Below, piece after piece: positions 8,690-18,003 of a stretch of 32,000 nucleotides of DNA. How positions within the stretch are numbered: position 1 is the first letter of the stretch; each line of letters starts with the position of its first letter. The position numbers were made by a program, and so were the translations under genes. Below the pieces are notes generated by a model. It did not search any database. It saw only the letters and a list, made by a program, of their open reading frames with translations, and was not told the origin of the DNA. Origin of the DNA: Bellilinea caldifistulae (lineage in GTDB: Bacteria > Chloroflexota > Anaerolineae > Anaerolineales > Anaerolineaceae). The stretch spans positions 272,539-304,538 of the forward strand of contig NZ_LGHJ01000012.1 of the NCBI RefSeq assembly GCF_001306055.1, given 5' to 3'.

Positions 8690-10763
8690 AGTCCCTCCCG
8701 ATATACAGCAATATTAGCCAGCTAAACAAACTGAGCCCCAAACCACTGTAAAATGATAAAGGTCTGAATCGCATCTCAATTGTGTGCCTGCCGGGTGAAA
8801 TTTTAATTCCTCTCAATAAACCATCCACAACTTCAACAGACACGGATTGACCATTTACTTTTGCTCTCCATCCCGGGTAATACACTTCACTAAAAACCAC
8901 CATCTGATCTGTACGCGAGTCCACTTCTGCAATTATCAGGTCTGGAGACCAGTATCGGACAACAACCGAACCCTGCTGACTGAGCCAAACACGTTCTCGG
9001 TACAACGGGTTGAGATACACATACACATTTCCAAAATCACCGTCTATTTGCGAAGAGATATTCATTGGAAAATTTGAGACAATGTATTTGACATTGAGGA
9101 GACCCAGTTTTTCAAGATCAGGTGAGGATGCAACTTGAAACAATTCAGGTGGGGATTTTTCGTCAAGGTATATTGATGGGACACTGACGCTATATCCCTC
9201 CGCTGGAATCCTGCTCGCTTCTGCCATAAATTGGCTGTAAGACTTGAGCCTGAGCGGATTTACCCCCTCGGCAGTTTGAAGTTGATGTGGTAGTGGAATA
9301 CTGTACGAAGGAGAATACACTCGAAACAAAGCCGGTTGATTTTCCAGCCATCTCACTACAGGCGGCGATGGTTCTAGGGGTACACTGCGTAGAAAAGATG
9401 TATTGACCCATAGCAGATCTATCACCGCGAGAGAAACAATAGCCATAACGCAGGATATTCGCGGCTTATGAATTAAGAGATTAATCAAAATTAGGGCAAT
9501 TGGTAGAATTACTGCGAAAACCAGCAGCCCACCGGGCAGAGGTGGATACAAAACCGCCACACCACCTGCCAGAATGACAGAGAATAATGAAAAAAATATT
9601 GACAAACGAAGAGTGATTTTTGAAATAGACTGAGGAATCGCGACTGTCAAAAGATGATTCAGACCGTATCCTGCCAAGACAACCACTGCAAAAACAACAA
9701 AGAACCACATGCGTGAGGGGACACGCAGCCAGCCAAGACCAGGCAAAAGTTCACTAATAAAGGGAAAAAGAAAACTATGATTGCCTAAAGAGAAAAGAAC
9801 GCCAAATAATATCAGGCTTAGCCAGAACCAATTTTGTTTTTTTACTCCAAAAAAGGCTAATACAACAGCAACTAGTCCTATGTAGGTAATTAATTCATAA
9901 ATGATCCCTAATTGAGGGGTTATAGCCCCTATCAAGTTATGAACATTCAATGAAAGAATAGCCCTTTCGGAAGTAGAAAGAACAGCTCTGTCCGATTGCG
10001 GCATAAACTCAATCAGTGGGAAGATTAAACTGCTTGTCAACAAAACTGTACCAAAACCCAAAAGGAATAATCCACGAAAAACTTTTGAGATAGACAATTT
10101 GCGGTAAGGCAAGTAACCCAACAAAAATGCCAAACCAATCAGACCACACAAAAATCCCCAGCGAATATCAATTAACACGATTGTCGAAAGCACCGCTGAA
10201 GAAAGCAAAACCCGGCGGTAATCTGAAAAACGTTCAGCAGCAAATCTGAGCGAGCATAGCAACCATGGCAACCAGCAAATTGCATACACTGATGAAACCT
10301 GACCACCGCCAACATAGCCAATCAACTTCGATGTACCCATCCACACCGCAGATGAAAAAATTGCCGCTGCAGGAGCAATTCCCAATCTTCTAAGAAACAA
10401 ATAAAGCCCCCATCCGCTCCAGGTTAAGTGCAAAACGAAAAGTAATGTAAAAGTCACTGGCTCAGGAAATATAAAGGTCAACCAGTTTGGAAGATAGCTA
10501 TAGCCGGCAAGAGGGTCGGCAACCAGTGGTGTTCCTGAGAGCATACTACTGTTCCATAATGGCGGGTGCCCATCCATCAACCAACGCTGGTGAATAAACC
10601 GGGAGTATGCCAGATGAGACAGGACAAAATCTGTAGTAACCTGTGGAAACTTCGTAGTGGGGATGTAATTCGGGTGAATAACCAATGGCCACAGGTAGAC
10701 CAGTGATAGAAAAAAGGATAATCCAAGCGGGGTAGTCAGTGGGAAAGGTTTACGAGTGTTCAT
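8631..10763 (-). CDS. YfhO-family GT-C membrane glycosyltransferase-like protein
   Basis: 710 aa. N-terminal pattern TDFVLSHLAYSRFIHQRWLMDGHPPLWNSSMLSGTPLVADPLAGYSYLPNWL. Many TM helices, then a soluble C-domain ending VYYPGWRAKVNGQSVSVEVVDGLLRGIKISPGRHTIEMRFRPLSF plus a final TM. All are typical of YfhO (PF09586) proteins as I recall them. Confidence 0.8.
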   Translation of the reverse strand: MNTRKPFPLTTPLGLSFFLSLVYLWPLVIHPNYIPTTKFPQVTTDFVLSHLAYSRFIHQRWLMDGHPPLWNSSMLSGTPLVADPLAGYSYLPNWLTFIFPEPVTFTLLFVLHLTWSGWGLYLFLRRLGIAPAAAIFSSAVWMGTSKLIGYVGGGQVSSVYAICWLPWLLCSLRFAAERFSDYRRVLLSSAVLSTIVLIDIRWGFLCGLIGLAFLLGYLPYRKLSISKVFRGLFLLGFGTVLLTSSLIFPLIEFMPQSDRAVLSTSERAILSLNVHNLIGAITPQLGIIYELITYIGLVAVVLAFFGVKKQNWFWLSLILFGVLFSLGNHSFLFPFISELLPGLGWLRVPSRMWFFVVFAVVVLAGYGLNHLLTVAIPQSISKITLRLSIFFSLFSVILAGGVAVLYPPLPGGLLVFAVILPIALILINLLIHKPRISCVMAIVSLAVIDLLWVNTSFLRSVPLEPSPPVVRWLENQPALFRVYSPSYSIPLPHQLQTAEGVNPLRLKSYSQFMAEASRIPAEGYSVSVPSIYLDEKSPPELFQVASSPDLEKLGLLNVKYIVSNFPMNISSQIDGDFGNVYVYLNPLYRERVWLSQQGSVVVRYWSPDLIIAEVDSRTDQMVVFSEVYYPGWRAKVNGQSVSVEVVDGLLRGIKISPGRHTIEMRFRPLSFYSGLGLSLFSWLILLYIGRDYVRSLVAKDRSFISRTGNL

Positions 10764-10920
10764 TTTGAAATATACTAATCAAGGATTATTTTACTTAAAA
10801 TCAGATTTATCGGCTGTATTTTTTCTGGATTACCTTGCTCGGTTCGTACGCGCACAAATTGATATCAGCAGCGAATGCAGTCCGCATCTTTGGGTTCCGA
10901 TCAAGCCTTACGCGTTCAAC

Positions 10921-10950
10921 TTGACAACCTGTACCTTTATTCAGTATATT
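10921..10950 (+). promoter_or_regulatory. candidate promoter of the mrp operon (TTGACA-N18-TATATT)
   Basis: TTGACA at 10921..10926 and TATATT at 10945..10950. It lies ~110 nt upstream of the mrpA ATG, in an AT-rich spacer. Confidence 0.5.
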
Positions 10951-11058
10951 TGGTACGGATTTTAACCGGGGGAACCGTAACTTCGCGGGGAGAAGTCTGG
11001 TTTACCCTGTAACATTGCTGCGCTTTTTATCATCCATATCAAGAAGAAAGCAAGGACG

Positions 11059-13398
11059 ATGGACATTGTTCTGCCCACCGCTATTCTGCTCCTGTTGATC
11101 CTTTCGGGATTTGCGCCTTTCATCCAGCAGGCGCAGCCTCACCGCGCCGGTCTGCTGATGGCTGTTTTGCCGGCCGGTCTGTTTTTGACCCTGCTCGGCC
11201 GCTTGTCTGCTGTTCTGGCCGGGCAGGTTTTCACCTATCAACTGGCCTGGGCTGAGGCTTTGGGGGTGAGATTCTCTCTCTACCTCGATGGACTCGGCTT
11301 GCTTTTCAGCCTGCTGATTCTGGGCATCGGTGCGTTGGTTCTGATCTACGGCGGCAGTTACCTGCACGGTCATCATCAACTGGGACGTTTTTACGCCTTC
11401 ATTTTGCTGTTCATGGCCGCAATGCTCGGCGTCGTCGTCAGCAATAATGCCCTGACGCTGTTTGTGTTCTGGGAATTGACCAGCATCAGTTCCTTTCTGC
11501 TGATTGGTTTTGACCATGAAAAAGAAGGCTCGCGGTTTGCTGCCCTGCAGGCCTTGCTGGTCACCGGTGGGGGCGGACTGGCGATGCTGGCCGGGTTGGT
11601 TCTGCTCGGCCAGATTGGCGGCACTTACGAAATCAGCCAGCTCAATCAGATGGCAGATATCTTGCGGGCTTCTCCGCTGTTCTTGCCTGCCTTCCTGCTC
11701 ATTCTGGCCGGTGCGCTGACCAAATCGGCTCAGTACCCGTTTCATTTCTGGCTGCCGGGCGCCATGGCTGCCCCAACCCCGGTCAGCGCTTATCTGCACT
11801 CGGCCACCATGGTCAAAGCCGGGGTGTACCTGCTCGCCCGGCTCAGCCCGATATTCAGCGCCACCCCTGAATGGCAAACTCTGGTGACCGGTTTTGGGCT
11901 GGCTACATTTTTAGCCGGAGCGTTGCTGGCCATCGGTCAGGTAGATTTGAAAAAATTGCTGGCTTACACCACCGTCGCTTCGCTGGGAACGATGGTGATG
12001 CTGCTCGGTTGGGGCAGCGATCTGGCGATCAAAGCGGCAATGCTCTATCTTTTTTCGCACGCCCTCTACAAAGGCGCTCTGTTTCTGGTTGCCGGTGCGG
12101 TGGATCACGAAACCGGCACGCGGGATGTCAGCAAGTTAAGCGGTCTGCGCCGCGCCATGCCGCGTACTGCGCTTGCCGCCGGGTTGGCAGCTCTTTCGAT
12201 GGCCGGTTTGCCACCCGCCCTGGGTTTCATTGCCAAAGAAGTGATGTATGAAACCACCCTCGCCGCTCAGCCGGTATCCGGTTGGTTAACTGCCGGAGCG
12301 CTGATCGGCAATGCGCTGCTGGTGGCGGTTTCCGGTCTGGTCGGGTTAAAGCCGTTCTTCGGCGCAGCGGGCCAAACACCCCGCCATCCCCACCCCGCTC
12401 CGCTCTCGCTGGATTTGCCGCCCCTGCTGCTGGCAGGGCTGGGCTTGCTGGGCGGTCTGTTGCCGATGACCCTGGCTGCGCCGCTGGTGCAGGCATCGGC
12501 GCAGGCGGTCTTGATCCAGCCGCTCAAAGTCAAGTTAGCCCTCTGGCACGGTCTAAATCCGATGCTCGCCCTCAGTACGCTGACGCTGGCATTGGGGATA
12601 GGGCTGTACGTTGGCTGGCAACCGGTTTGGGGCTTTACGGCTCGCCTGCGCTGGCTCGGTCGCTTTGGCCCGGCCCACGCCTATCAGGTGGGGCTGGAAA
12701 ACCTGCGCCGCTTTGCGGCCTGGCTGACTTACCGCCTGCAAAACGGCTACCTGCGGTTCTATCTGATGACCATCATCCTGACCACAGTCGCTCTGGCAGG
12801 GCTGGCTTACTTGAGAAGCACCAATGGGCTGATCCTGCGCAACGATTGGGGAGCCATCAATTTCTACGAAGTTGTGCTGGGCGTATTGATCATCCTCGCC
12901 GCGCTTACGATTACCCGCACCCGTTCCCGTCTGGCAACCATCGCCATCATGGGCATTGTCGGCTACGGTCTGGCGCTGATTTATCTGCTGTACGGCGCGC
13001 CGGACCTCGCCATGATTCAATTTGCCATCGAAACCCTGACGGTGATTCTGTTTGTGCTGGTGGTCTACCGCCTGCCCAAATTCACCCGTCTGACCAGTCC
13101 GCCAGCCCGGCTGGCCGATTTTCTGGTAGCGATGACCGGCGGCCTGTTGATGACCCTCCTCACCCTGATCGTAACCGCCCGCCCGGTTGTTCCGCATATC
13201 TCCGAGTATTTCCTGCAAAATGCGCTGCCCCTGGCGAACGGGCGCAATGTGGTCAATGTCATTCTGGTAGATTTCCGCGGTTTTGACACGCTCGGTGAAA
13301 TTACCGTGCTGGCATTGGCCGGCATCGGCGTCTATGCTCTCATCCGCCTGACAATCGGGCGGCGCCAGGTGATTATCCCACCGGCGGAGGAGGAATAA
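11059..13398 (+). CDS. mrpA: Na+/H+ antiporter Mrp subunit A (NuoL/ND5-like with MrpB-like C-terminal extension)
   Basis: 779 aa, polytopic. Motifs [14 protein letters not shown] and [39 protein letters not shown]. First of seven tightly coupled mrp genes. Confidence 0.93.
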   Translation: MDIVLPTAILLLLILSGFAPFIQQAQPHRAGLLMAVLPAGLFLTLLGRLSAVLAGQVFTYQLAWAEALGVRFSLYLDGLGLLFSLLILGIGALVLIYGGSYLHGHHQLGRFYAFILLFMAAMLGVVVSNNALTLFVFWELTSISSFLLIGFDHEKEGSRFAALQALLVTGGGGLAMLAGLVLLGQIGGTYEISQLNQMADILRASPLFLPAFLLILAGALTKSAQYPFHFWLPGAMAAPTPVSAYLHSATMVKAGVYLLARLSPIFSATPEWQTLVTGFGLATFLAGALLAIGQVDLKKLLAYTTVASLGTMVMLLGWGSDLAIKAAMLYLFSHALYKGALFLVAGAVDHETGTRDVSKLSGLRRAMPRTALAAGLAALSMAGLPPALGFIAKEVMYETTLAAQPVSGWLTAGALIGNALLVAVSGLVGLKPFFGAAGQTPRHPHPAPLSLDLPPLLLAGLGLLGGLLPMTLAAPLVQASAQAVLIQPLKVKLALWHGLNPMLALSTLTLALGIGLYVGWQPVWGFTARLRWLGRFGPAHAYQVGLENLRRFAAWLTYRLQNGYLRFYLMTIILTTVALAGLAYLRSTNGLILRNDWGAINFYEVVLGVLIILAALTITRTRSRLATIAIMGIVGYGLALIYLLYGAPDLAMIQFAIETLTVILFVLVVYRLPKFTRLTSPPARLADFLVAMTGGLLMTLLTLIVTARPVVPHISEYFLQNALPLANGRNVVNVILVDFRGFDTLGEITVLALAGIGVYALIRLTIGRRQVIIPPAEEE

Positions 13399-13400
13399 AC

Positions 13401-13808
13401 ATGGGCTCGATCATCCTCCATCTGGCTGCCCGTTACCTGATGCCCTTGCTGCTGGTCTTTTCGGTGTTCCTGCTGATTCGTGGTCACAATGAAATTGGCG
13501 GCGGCTTCGTGGGCGGGCTGGTAGCCGCAGCGGCCTTCATCCTCTACGCCATCGCCAACAATGTTCAGGAAGCCCGGCGGATCTTGCGTGTCCATCCCCG
13601 TGCGCTGATCGCCAGCGGCTTGCTGGTTGCCCTGTCCAGCGGGCTGGTTGGCTGGCTGACCGGTAAACCGTTTATGACCGGCCTCTGGCTGAAAGACCCC
13701 CTGCCGGTGATCGGTAAAATTGGCACGCCTTTGATGTTCGATGTCGGCGTGTATCTGGTGGTGGTCGGCGTAACCCTGCTGATCATCTTTACACTGGCGG
13801 AGGAGTGA
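13401..13808 (+). CDS. mrpB: Na+/H+ antiporter Mrp subunit B
   Basis: 135 aa. MnhB-type pattern [27 protein letters not shown] Shine-Dalgarno upstream. Position in the operon fits. Confidence 0.88.
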   Translation: MGSIILHLAARYLMPLLLVFSVFLLIRGHNEIGGGFVGGLVAAAAFILYAIANNVQEARRILRVHPRALIASGLLVALSSGLVGWLTGKPFMTGLWLKDPLPVIGKIGTPLMFDVGVYLVVVGVTLLIIFTLAEE

Positions 13809-13809
13809 G

Positions 13810-14202
13810 ATGACTTTATTACTTGCAATTGTGATTGGCGTTTTGTTCACGGTGGGTTTGTACATGATGATGCGCCGCAGCCTGACTAAGGTGCTGATTG
13901 GGCTGATGTTGCTCGGTCAGGCAATCAACCTGCTAATTTTCACCACCGGACGCTTACAGCGTGCCAAACCGCCCCTGATTCCGCTGGGTGCAGAGCAAAT
14001 CAGCCAGTCTGCCGACCCCTTGCCCCAGGCGCTGATCCTGACGGCAATCGTGATCAGTTTTGGGGTAACCGCCTTTGCGCTGGTGCTGGCGCGTCAAACC
14101 TACACCGTCCTCGGCACTAATGATATGAACGAATTACGCGATACCGACATCATCCCCAAGTATCATCCGGAATCCGTGCCGGAAGAAGAGGAGGGTTTGT
14201 AG
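13810..14202 (+). CDS. mrpC: Na+/H+ antiporter Mrp subunit C (NuoK-like)
   Basis: 130 aa, 3 TM. MTLLLAIVIGVLFTVGLYMMMRRSLTKVLIGLMLLGQAINLLIF resembles NuoK/MnhC. Shine-Dalgarno GGAGGAG upstream. Confidence 0.88.
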   Translation: MTLLLAIVIGVLFTVGLYMMMRRSLTKVLIGLMLLGQAINLLIFTTGRLQRAKPPLIPLGAEQISQSADPLPQALILTAIVISFGVTAFALVLARQTYTVLGTNDMNELRDTDIIPKYHPESVPEEEEGL

Positions 14203-15695
14203 TGCAAACCGTACTCCTCCCATTACTGATTCCTTTGGTATTCATTGTGCTGACCCTGTTTGCCTGGAACGCTCCGCGCTTGCAGCGGATGCTTTCCCTG
14301 TTCGGTAGCAGCGCCTTATTGCTGGCGGCCCTCAGCCTGCTGGCACAGGTGCAAACCGGCGAGATTGCCGTGACCCAAATCGGCAACTGGCCGGCTCCCT
14401 ACGGGATTACCCTGGTGGCCGACTTGTTCAGCGCCATCATGCTGACCATCACCGGAGTAGTTGCCGTTCTGGTGGCAATTTACTCGCTGGAAGGAATTGA
14501 CGAAAATCGGGTGGCTCACGGCTTCTACCCCTTGTTCTTTGCTCTGCTGATGGGCGTCTGCGGCGCTTTTCTCACAGGGGATATTTTCAACCTGTATGTG
14601 TGGTTCGAAGTGATGCTGATGGCTTCCTTTGTCCTGATGGCGCTGGGTGGTGAACGCGCCCAACTGGAAGGCGCCATCAAGTATGTCATCCTCAACCTGA
14701 CTTCCTCGGCGCTGTTCCTCTCGGCAACCGGTATCCTTTACAGTGTCGCCGGTACGCTCAACATGGCCGATCTTTCAATCCGCTTGCCGGAAGTCAACTC
14801 CCCCGGCCTGGTGACCACCATTGCCATGCTCTATCTGGTTGCTTTCGGCATCAAAGCGGCCATTTTTCCGCTGTTCTTCTGGCTGCCGGCCTCGTACCAC
14901 ACCCCGCCGGTCGCCGTTACCGCCCTCTTCTCTGGCCTGCTGACCAAAGTGGGCGTGTATTCTCTGGTGCGGGTATTCACCCTGCTCTTTCTAACCGATG
15001 TAGCCTTTACGCACACGGTTTTACTGGTGCTGGGCGGTTTCACGATGGTGGTGGGTGTGTTAGGGGCAGCGGCTCAGTACGATATGCGCCGGTTGCTTTC
15101 TTTCCATATCGTCAGTCAGATTGGCTACCTGCTGATGGGACTGGGGTTGTACAGCCGCGCCGGCCTGGCCAGCACCATTTTCTTCATGGCGCATGTCATC
15201 GCCGCCAAGGCAGCCCTGTTTCTGGTGGCTGGCATCATCCGGCGCGTCAGCGGTTCGTTCGACCTGCGGCGGGTCGGAGGATTGTACCGCGATCAACCGT
15301 GGCTGGCCATTCTCTTCCTGATCCCGGCCCTTTCCCTGGCCGGTTTACCACCGCTTTCCGGCTTTTTTGGCAAACTGGCGCTGGTACGGGCCGGTTTGGC
15401 ACAGGGTCAATACGCCATTGTAGCGGTTTCCCTGGCCGTCAGCCTGTTGACCCTCTTTTCGATGACCAAAATCTGGATGGAAGCCTTCTGGAAGCCCATT
15501 CCCGAAAAAGCCCCGTCGCAGAACCGTGAGGCTGGTTACAAATTTTCGCTGGTATTTCCGGCACTGGCCATGGGACTGATCAGTGTGGTGCTGGGTGTTC
15601 TGGCTCAACCGGTTTACGGCCTTGCCGATCAAGCCGCAGGGGTGCTGATGCAGCCGGCTTTGTATGCGGCGGCTGTTTTAGGAGGGCTGCGATGA
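14202..15695 (+). CDS. mrpD: Na+/H+ antiporter Mrp subunit D (NuoM/N-like)
   Basis: 497 aa. Motifs FNLYVWFEVMLMASFVLMAL and AAIFPLFFWLPASYHTPPVAVTALFSGLLTKVGVYSLVR. The GTG start overlaps the mrpC TAG by 1 nt. Confidence 0.92.
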   Translation: MQTVLLPLLIPLVFIVLTLFAWNAPRLQRMLSLFGSSALLLAALSLLAQVQTGEIAVTQIGNWPAPYGITLVADLFSAIMLTITGVVAVLVAIYSLEGIDENRVAHGFYPLFFALLMGVCGAFLTGDIFNLYVWFEVMLMASFVLMALGGERAQLEGAIKYVILNLTSSALFLSATGILYSVAGTLNMADLSIRLPEVNSPGLVTTIAMLYLVAFGIKAAIFPLFFWLPASYHTPPVAVTALFSGLLTKVGVYSLVRVFTLLFLTDVAFTHTVLLVLGGFTMVVGVLGAAAQYDMRRLLSFHIVSQIGYLLMGLGLYSRAGLASTIFFMAHVIAAKAALFLVAGIIRRVSGSFDLRRVGGLYRDQPWLAILFLIPALSLAGLPPLSGFFGKLALVRAGLAQGQYAIVAVSLAVSLLTLFSMTKIWMEAFWKPIPEKAPSQNREAGYKFSLVFPALAMGLISVVLGVLAQPVYGLADQAAGVLMQPALYAAAVLGGLR

Positions 15696-16162
15696 CCATC
15701 TTCCTGCTCAACGTCCTCCTGGCACTGGCGTGGTCAGCGCTTTCGGCGCAGTTTGACCCGCCCAATCTCATTTTCGGTTTTTTGCTTGGCTATCTGGTCT
15801 TGTGGCTGACGGTGCGCGGCGAAAACCGCTCCTACTTTACCCGCGTGCCGCGCGTGCTGTCCTTCATGGCCTTCTTTCTAAAAGAGCTGGTTAAGGCCAA
15901 TCTCAACCTGGCCATCACCGTCTTGCGAAGGGACATGAACCTGAAACCGGGCGTGGTGGCCGTTCCGATTGACTTACCCAACGATGCGGCGATCACCTTG
16001 CTGGTCAATCTGGTTACCCTCACCCCCGGCACCCTTGCCTTGGATGTTTCCAGCGACCGCATGATGGTTTACATCCACACATTAAATGCCAGCGACCCGC
16101 AAGAATTTCGGCGCTACATGCAGGAAGGATTTGTTCGGCGGGTGAAGGAGTTGTTTCAATGA
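15692..16162 (+). CDS. mrpE: Na+/H+ antiporter Mrp subunit E
   Basis: 156 aa. ATGA overlap with mrpD. MnhE-like layout with two N-terminal TM helices and VTLTPGTLALDV. Operon position fits. Confidence 0.85.
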   Translation: MTIFLLNVLLALAWSALSAQFDPPNLIFGFLLGYLVLWLTVRGENRSYFTRVPRVLSFMAFFLKELVKANLNLAITVLRRDMNLKPGVVAVPIDLPNDAAITLLVNLVTLTPGTLALDVSSDRMMVYIHTLNASDPQEFRRYMQEGFVRRVKELFQ

Positions 16163-16422
16163 ATATCGAAGTGTTGTATTTCCTTGCCCTGGCGATGATC
16201 AGTCTTGGACTGGTGCTGGCTTTTATCCGGCTGGTGCGCGGGCCAAGCCTGCCCGACCGGGTGGTGGCGATTGATCTGGTAGTTGCCCTGGCCATTGGGA
16301 TTATCGCCAGTTACGCCATCCTGTTCGACCAGCCGGCCTTTCTGGATGTTGCCATCATCATTGCCCTGATTTCTTTTTTGGGGACAATTGCCTTTGCTTA
16401 CTACATCGAGCGGAGGGTGTGA
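16159..16422 (+). CDS. mrpF: Na+/H+ antiporter Mrp subunit F
   Basis: 87 aa. LVRGPSLPDRVVAIDL is the MnhF/PhaF signature. ATGA overlap with mrpE. Confidence 0.88.
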   Translation: MNIEVLYFLALAMISLGLVLAFIRLVRGPSLPDRVVAIDLVVALAIGIIASYAILFDQPAFLDVAIIIALISFLGTIAFAYYIERRV

Positions 16423-16838
16423 TGCTGCGCGAATGGATTGTTGCAATTGTGATGATTTTGGGAGCCGCCTTCATGCTGATCGCCAGCATTGGGTTGCTGC
16501 GCATGCCGGATTTGTTTTCGCGCATGTCAGCCACATCCAAGGCAGCCACGCTTGGTGCCGGTTTGGTTATGCTGGCAGCTGCCCTGTATTTCAGCGAATC
16601 CGGTATTACCCTGCGGGTTTTAGCCATCATCGTCTTTCTGCTGCTCACCGTACCGGTTGCCGCCCACATGATCGGCCGGGCAGCGTACTTCGATGGTGTT
16701 CCTCTGTGGAAAGGTACCTTGATTGATGACCTGCGCGGACATTACCGCACCAGCGATCATCAACTGGTGCGGGATGCCGCGGAATCGCCCGAGTTTGCAA
16801 TTCCGGAAGGCGAGGAAGGGGATGATTTTTTCAATTAG
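16422..16838 (+). CDS. mrpG: Na+/H+ antiporter Mrp subunit G
   Basis: LLRMPDLFSRMSATSKAATLGAG is the MnhG signature. The track starts at GTG 16419, but ATG 16422 (TGATG overlap, GGAGGG 4 nt upstream) is the more likely start. Confidence 0.88.
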   Translation: MLREWIVAIVMILGAAFMLIASIGLLRMPDLFSRMSATSKAATLGAGLVMLAAALYFSESGITLRVLAIIVFLLLTVPVAAHMIGRAAYFDGVPLWKGTLIDDLRGHYRTSDHQLVRDAAESPEFAIPEGEEGDDFFN

Positions 16839-16851
16839 GGCGGAGTGGATA

Positions 16852-16860
16852 TGCTATAAT
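16852..16860 (+). promoter_or_regulatory. extended -10 promoter element (TGcTATAAT) upstream of the epimerase gene
   Basis: atgcTATAAT at 16851..16860, 48 nt upstream of ATG 16908. No good -35, which is consistent with an extended -10 type. Confidence 0.4.
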
Positions 16861-16907
16861 CCGCGTGGAACTCCAATCCTCACAATTTCCGGGATGACGA
16901 ACAGCCA

Positions 16908-17843
16908 ATGAGATTTCTAATCACCGGTGCAGCCGGCTTCCTCGGTTCGGCGCTGGCAAATCGTCTGGTGCAGGAAGGCCATTCGGTACGCGGGCTGGAT
17001 GACCTTTCCACAGGTGATCCCTCCGCGCTCTCCCCCGAAGTTCATTTTGTGCGCGGCGATGTTAACGACCGCCCCAAACTGTGGACTCTTTTGCAAGAAA
17101 TTGACTGCGTGTACCACCTGGCCGCCAAAGTACTGGTGCCCGAATCGGTGTTGTACCCACGCGAATACAACGAGGTCAACGTTGGCGGCACGGTTACACT
17201 GATGGAAGCCATGCGGGATGTGGGCGTTCGGCGGGTGGTGTTGATTTCTTCCGGTGCAATTTACGGCAATCAGGAAATTCAGCCGGTCAGCGAGGATGCC
17301 ATCCCCAACCCCCGTTCGCCCTATGCCGTTTCCAAGCTGGCGGCCGAGTACTACGTCAAGACCATTGGGCGTTTGTGGGGCATCGAAACGGTTTGTCTGC
17401 GGGTCTTCAACGCCTATGGGCCGGGTCAGCACCTGCCCCCGGTTCATGCGCCGGTCTTGCTCAACTTTTTGCGGCAGGCGCTCCAAAACGGGACGCTGGT
17501 GGTGCATGGGGATGGAACTCAAACCCGTGATTATGTGTACGTGGATGATGTTGTTCAAGCCATGATTGCCGCATCAACCGCGCCGGGAGTGGATCAAATG
17601 ACCATTAATGTCGGCAGCGGGGTGGAAACCAGTGTGCGCGATCTGGTCAAGGTGGTCATCTCGGTCACCGGCAACGAGCCGGAGGTTGTCTACAACCCGC
17701 GCAGCGACGGCGGGCCGGCGCGCATGTGCGCCGATTTACGACGGGCTGCTGCCCTCTTGAATTATCACCCCTCAATTTCTCTGGAAACCGGCCTGCGTTT
17801 GACCCTGGAACGCGATCCGCGCCTGCGTCCGCGCAATGGATAA
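16908..17843 (+). CDS. NAD-dependent epimerase/dehydratase (extended SDR, GalE-like)
   Basis: 311 aa. N-terminal Rossmann motif ITGAAGFLGSAL. Catalytic YxxxK (SPYAVSKLAAEYY). Confidence 0.88.
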   Translation: MRFLITGAAGFLGSALANRLVQEGHSVRGLDDLSTGDPSALSPEVHFVRGDVNDRPKLWTLLQEIDCVYHLAAKVLVPESVLYPREYNEVNVGGTVTLMEAMRDVGVRRVVLISSGAIYGNQEIQPVSEDAIPNPRSPYAVSKLAAEYYVKTIGRLWGIETVCLRVFNAYGPGQHLPPVHAPVLLNFLRQALQNGTLVVHGDGTQTRDYVYVDDVVQAMIAASTAPGVDQMTINVGSGVETSVRDLVKVVISVTGNEPEVVYNPRSDGGPARMCADLRRAAALLNYHPSISLETGLRLTLERDPRLRPRNG

Positions 17844-18003
17844 GCCGAACTTATCAGGACATCTGAACCTGTCAATTTTTTGTCCACACCCAGGGGGTAT
17901 GCTGATAGCATCGAGGTTTATACCTCTTCTTTGCTCCTGAAATTCCAACTATTTTGCTTAAACCCATTTTATACTCACCGTAAAGGGAGGTTCACACATC
18001 GGC

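Noticed and set aside
7731-11000. Low-GC island as a prophage, ICE or genomic island with mobility genes
   Set aside because: It carries only two membrane-protein genes. I saw no integrase, transposase, tRNA attachment site or flanking direct repeats, so only compositional evidence of foreign origin is reported.
11002-13865. Long antisense or alternative-frame ORFs within mrpA and mrpB (11002..11877 minus, 12282..13286 plus, 12553..13218 minus, 13332..13865 minus)
   Set aside because: These are shadow ORFs of GC-rich membrane-protein genes. They are Gln/Arg/Gly-rich and contradict the intact, tightly coupled mrp frames.
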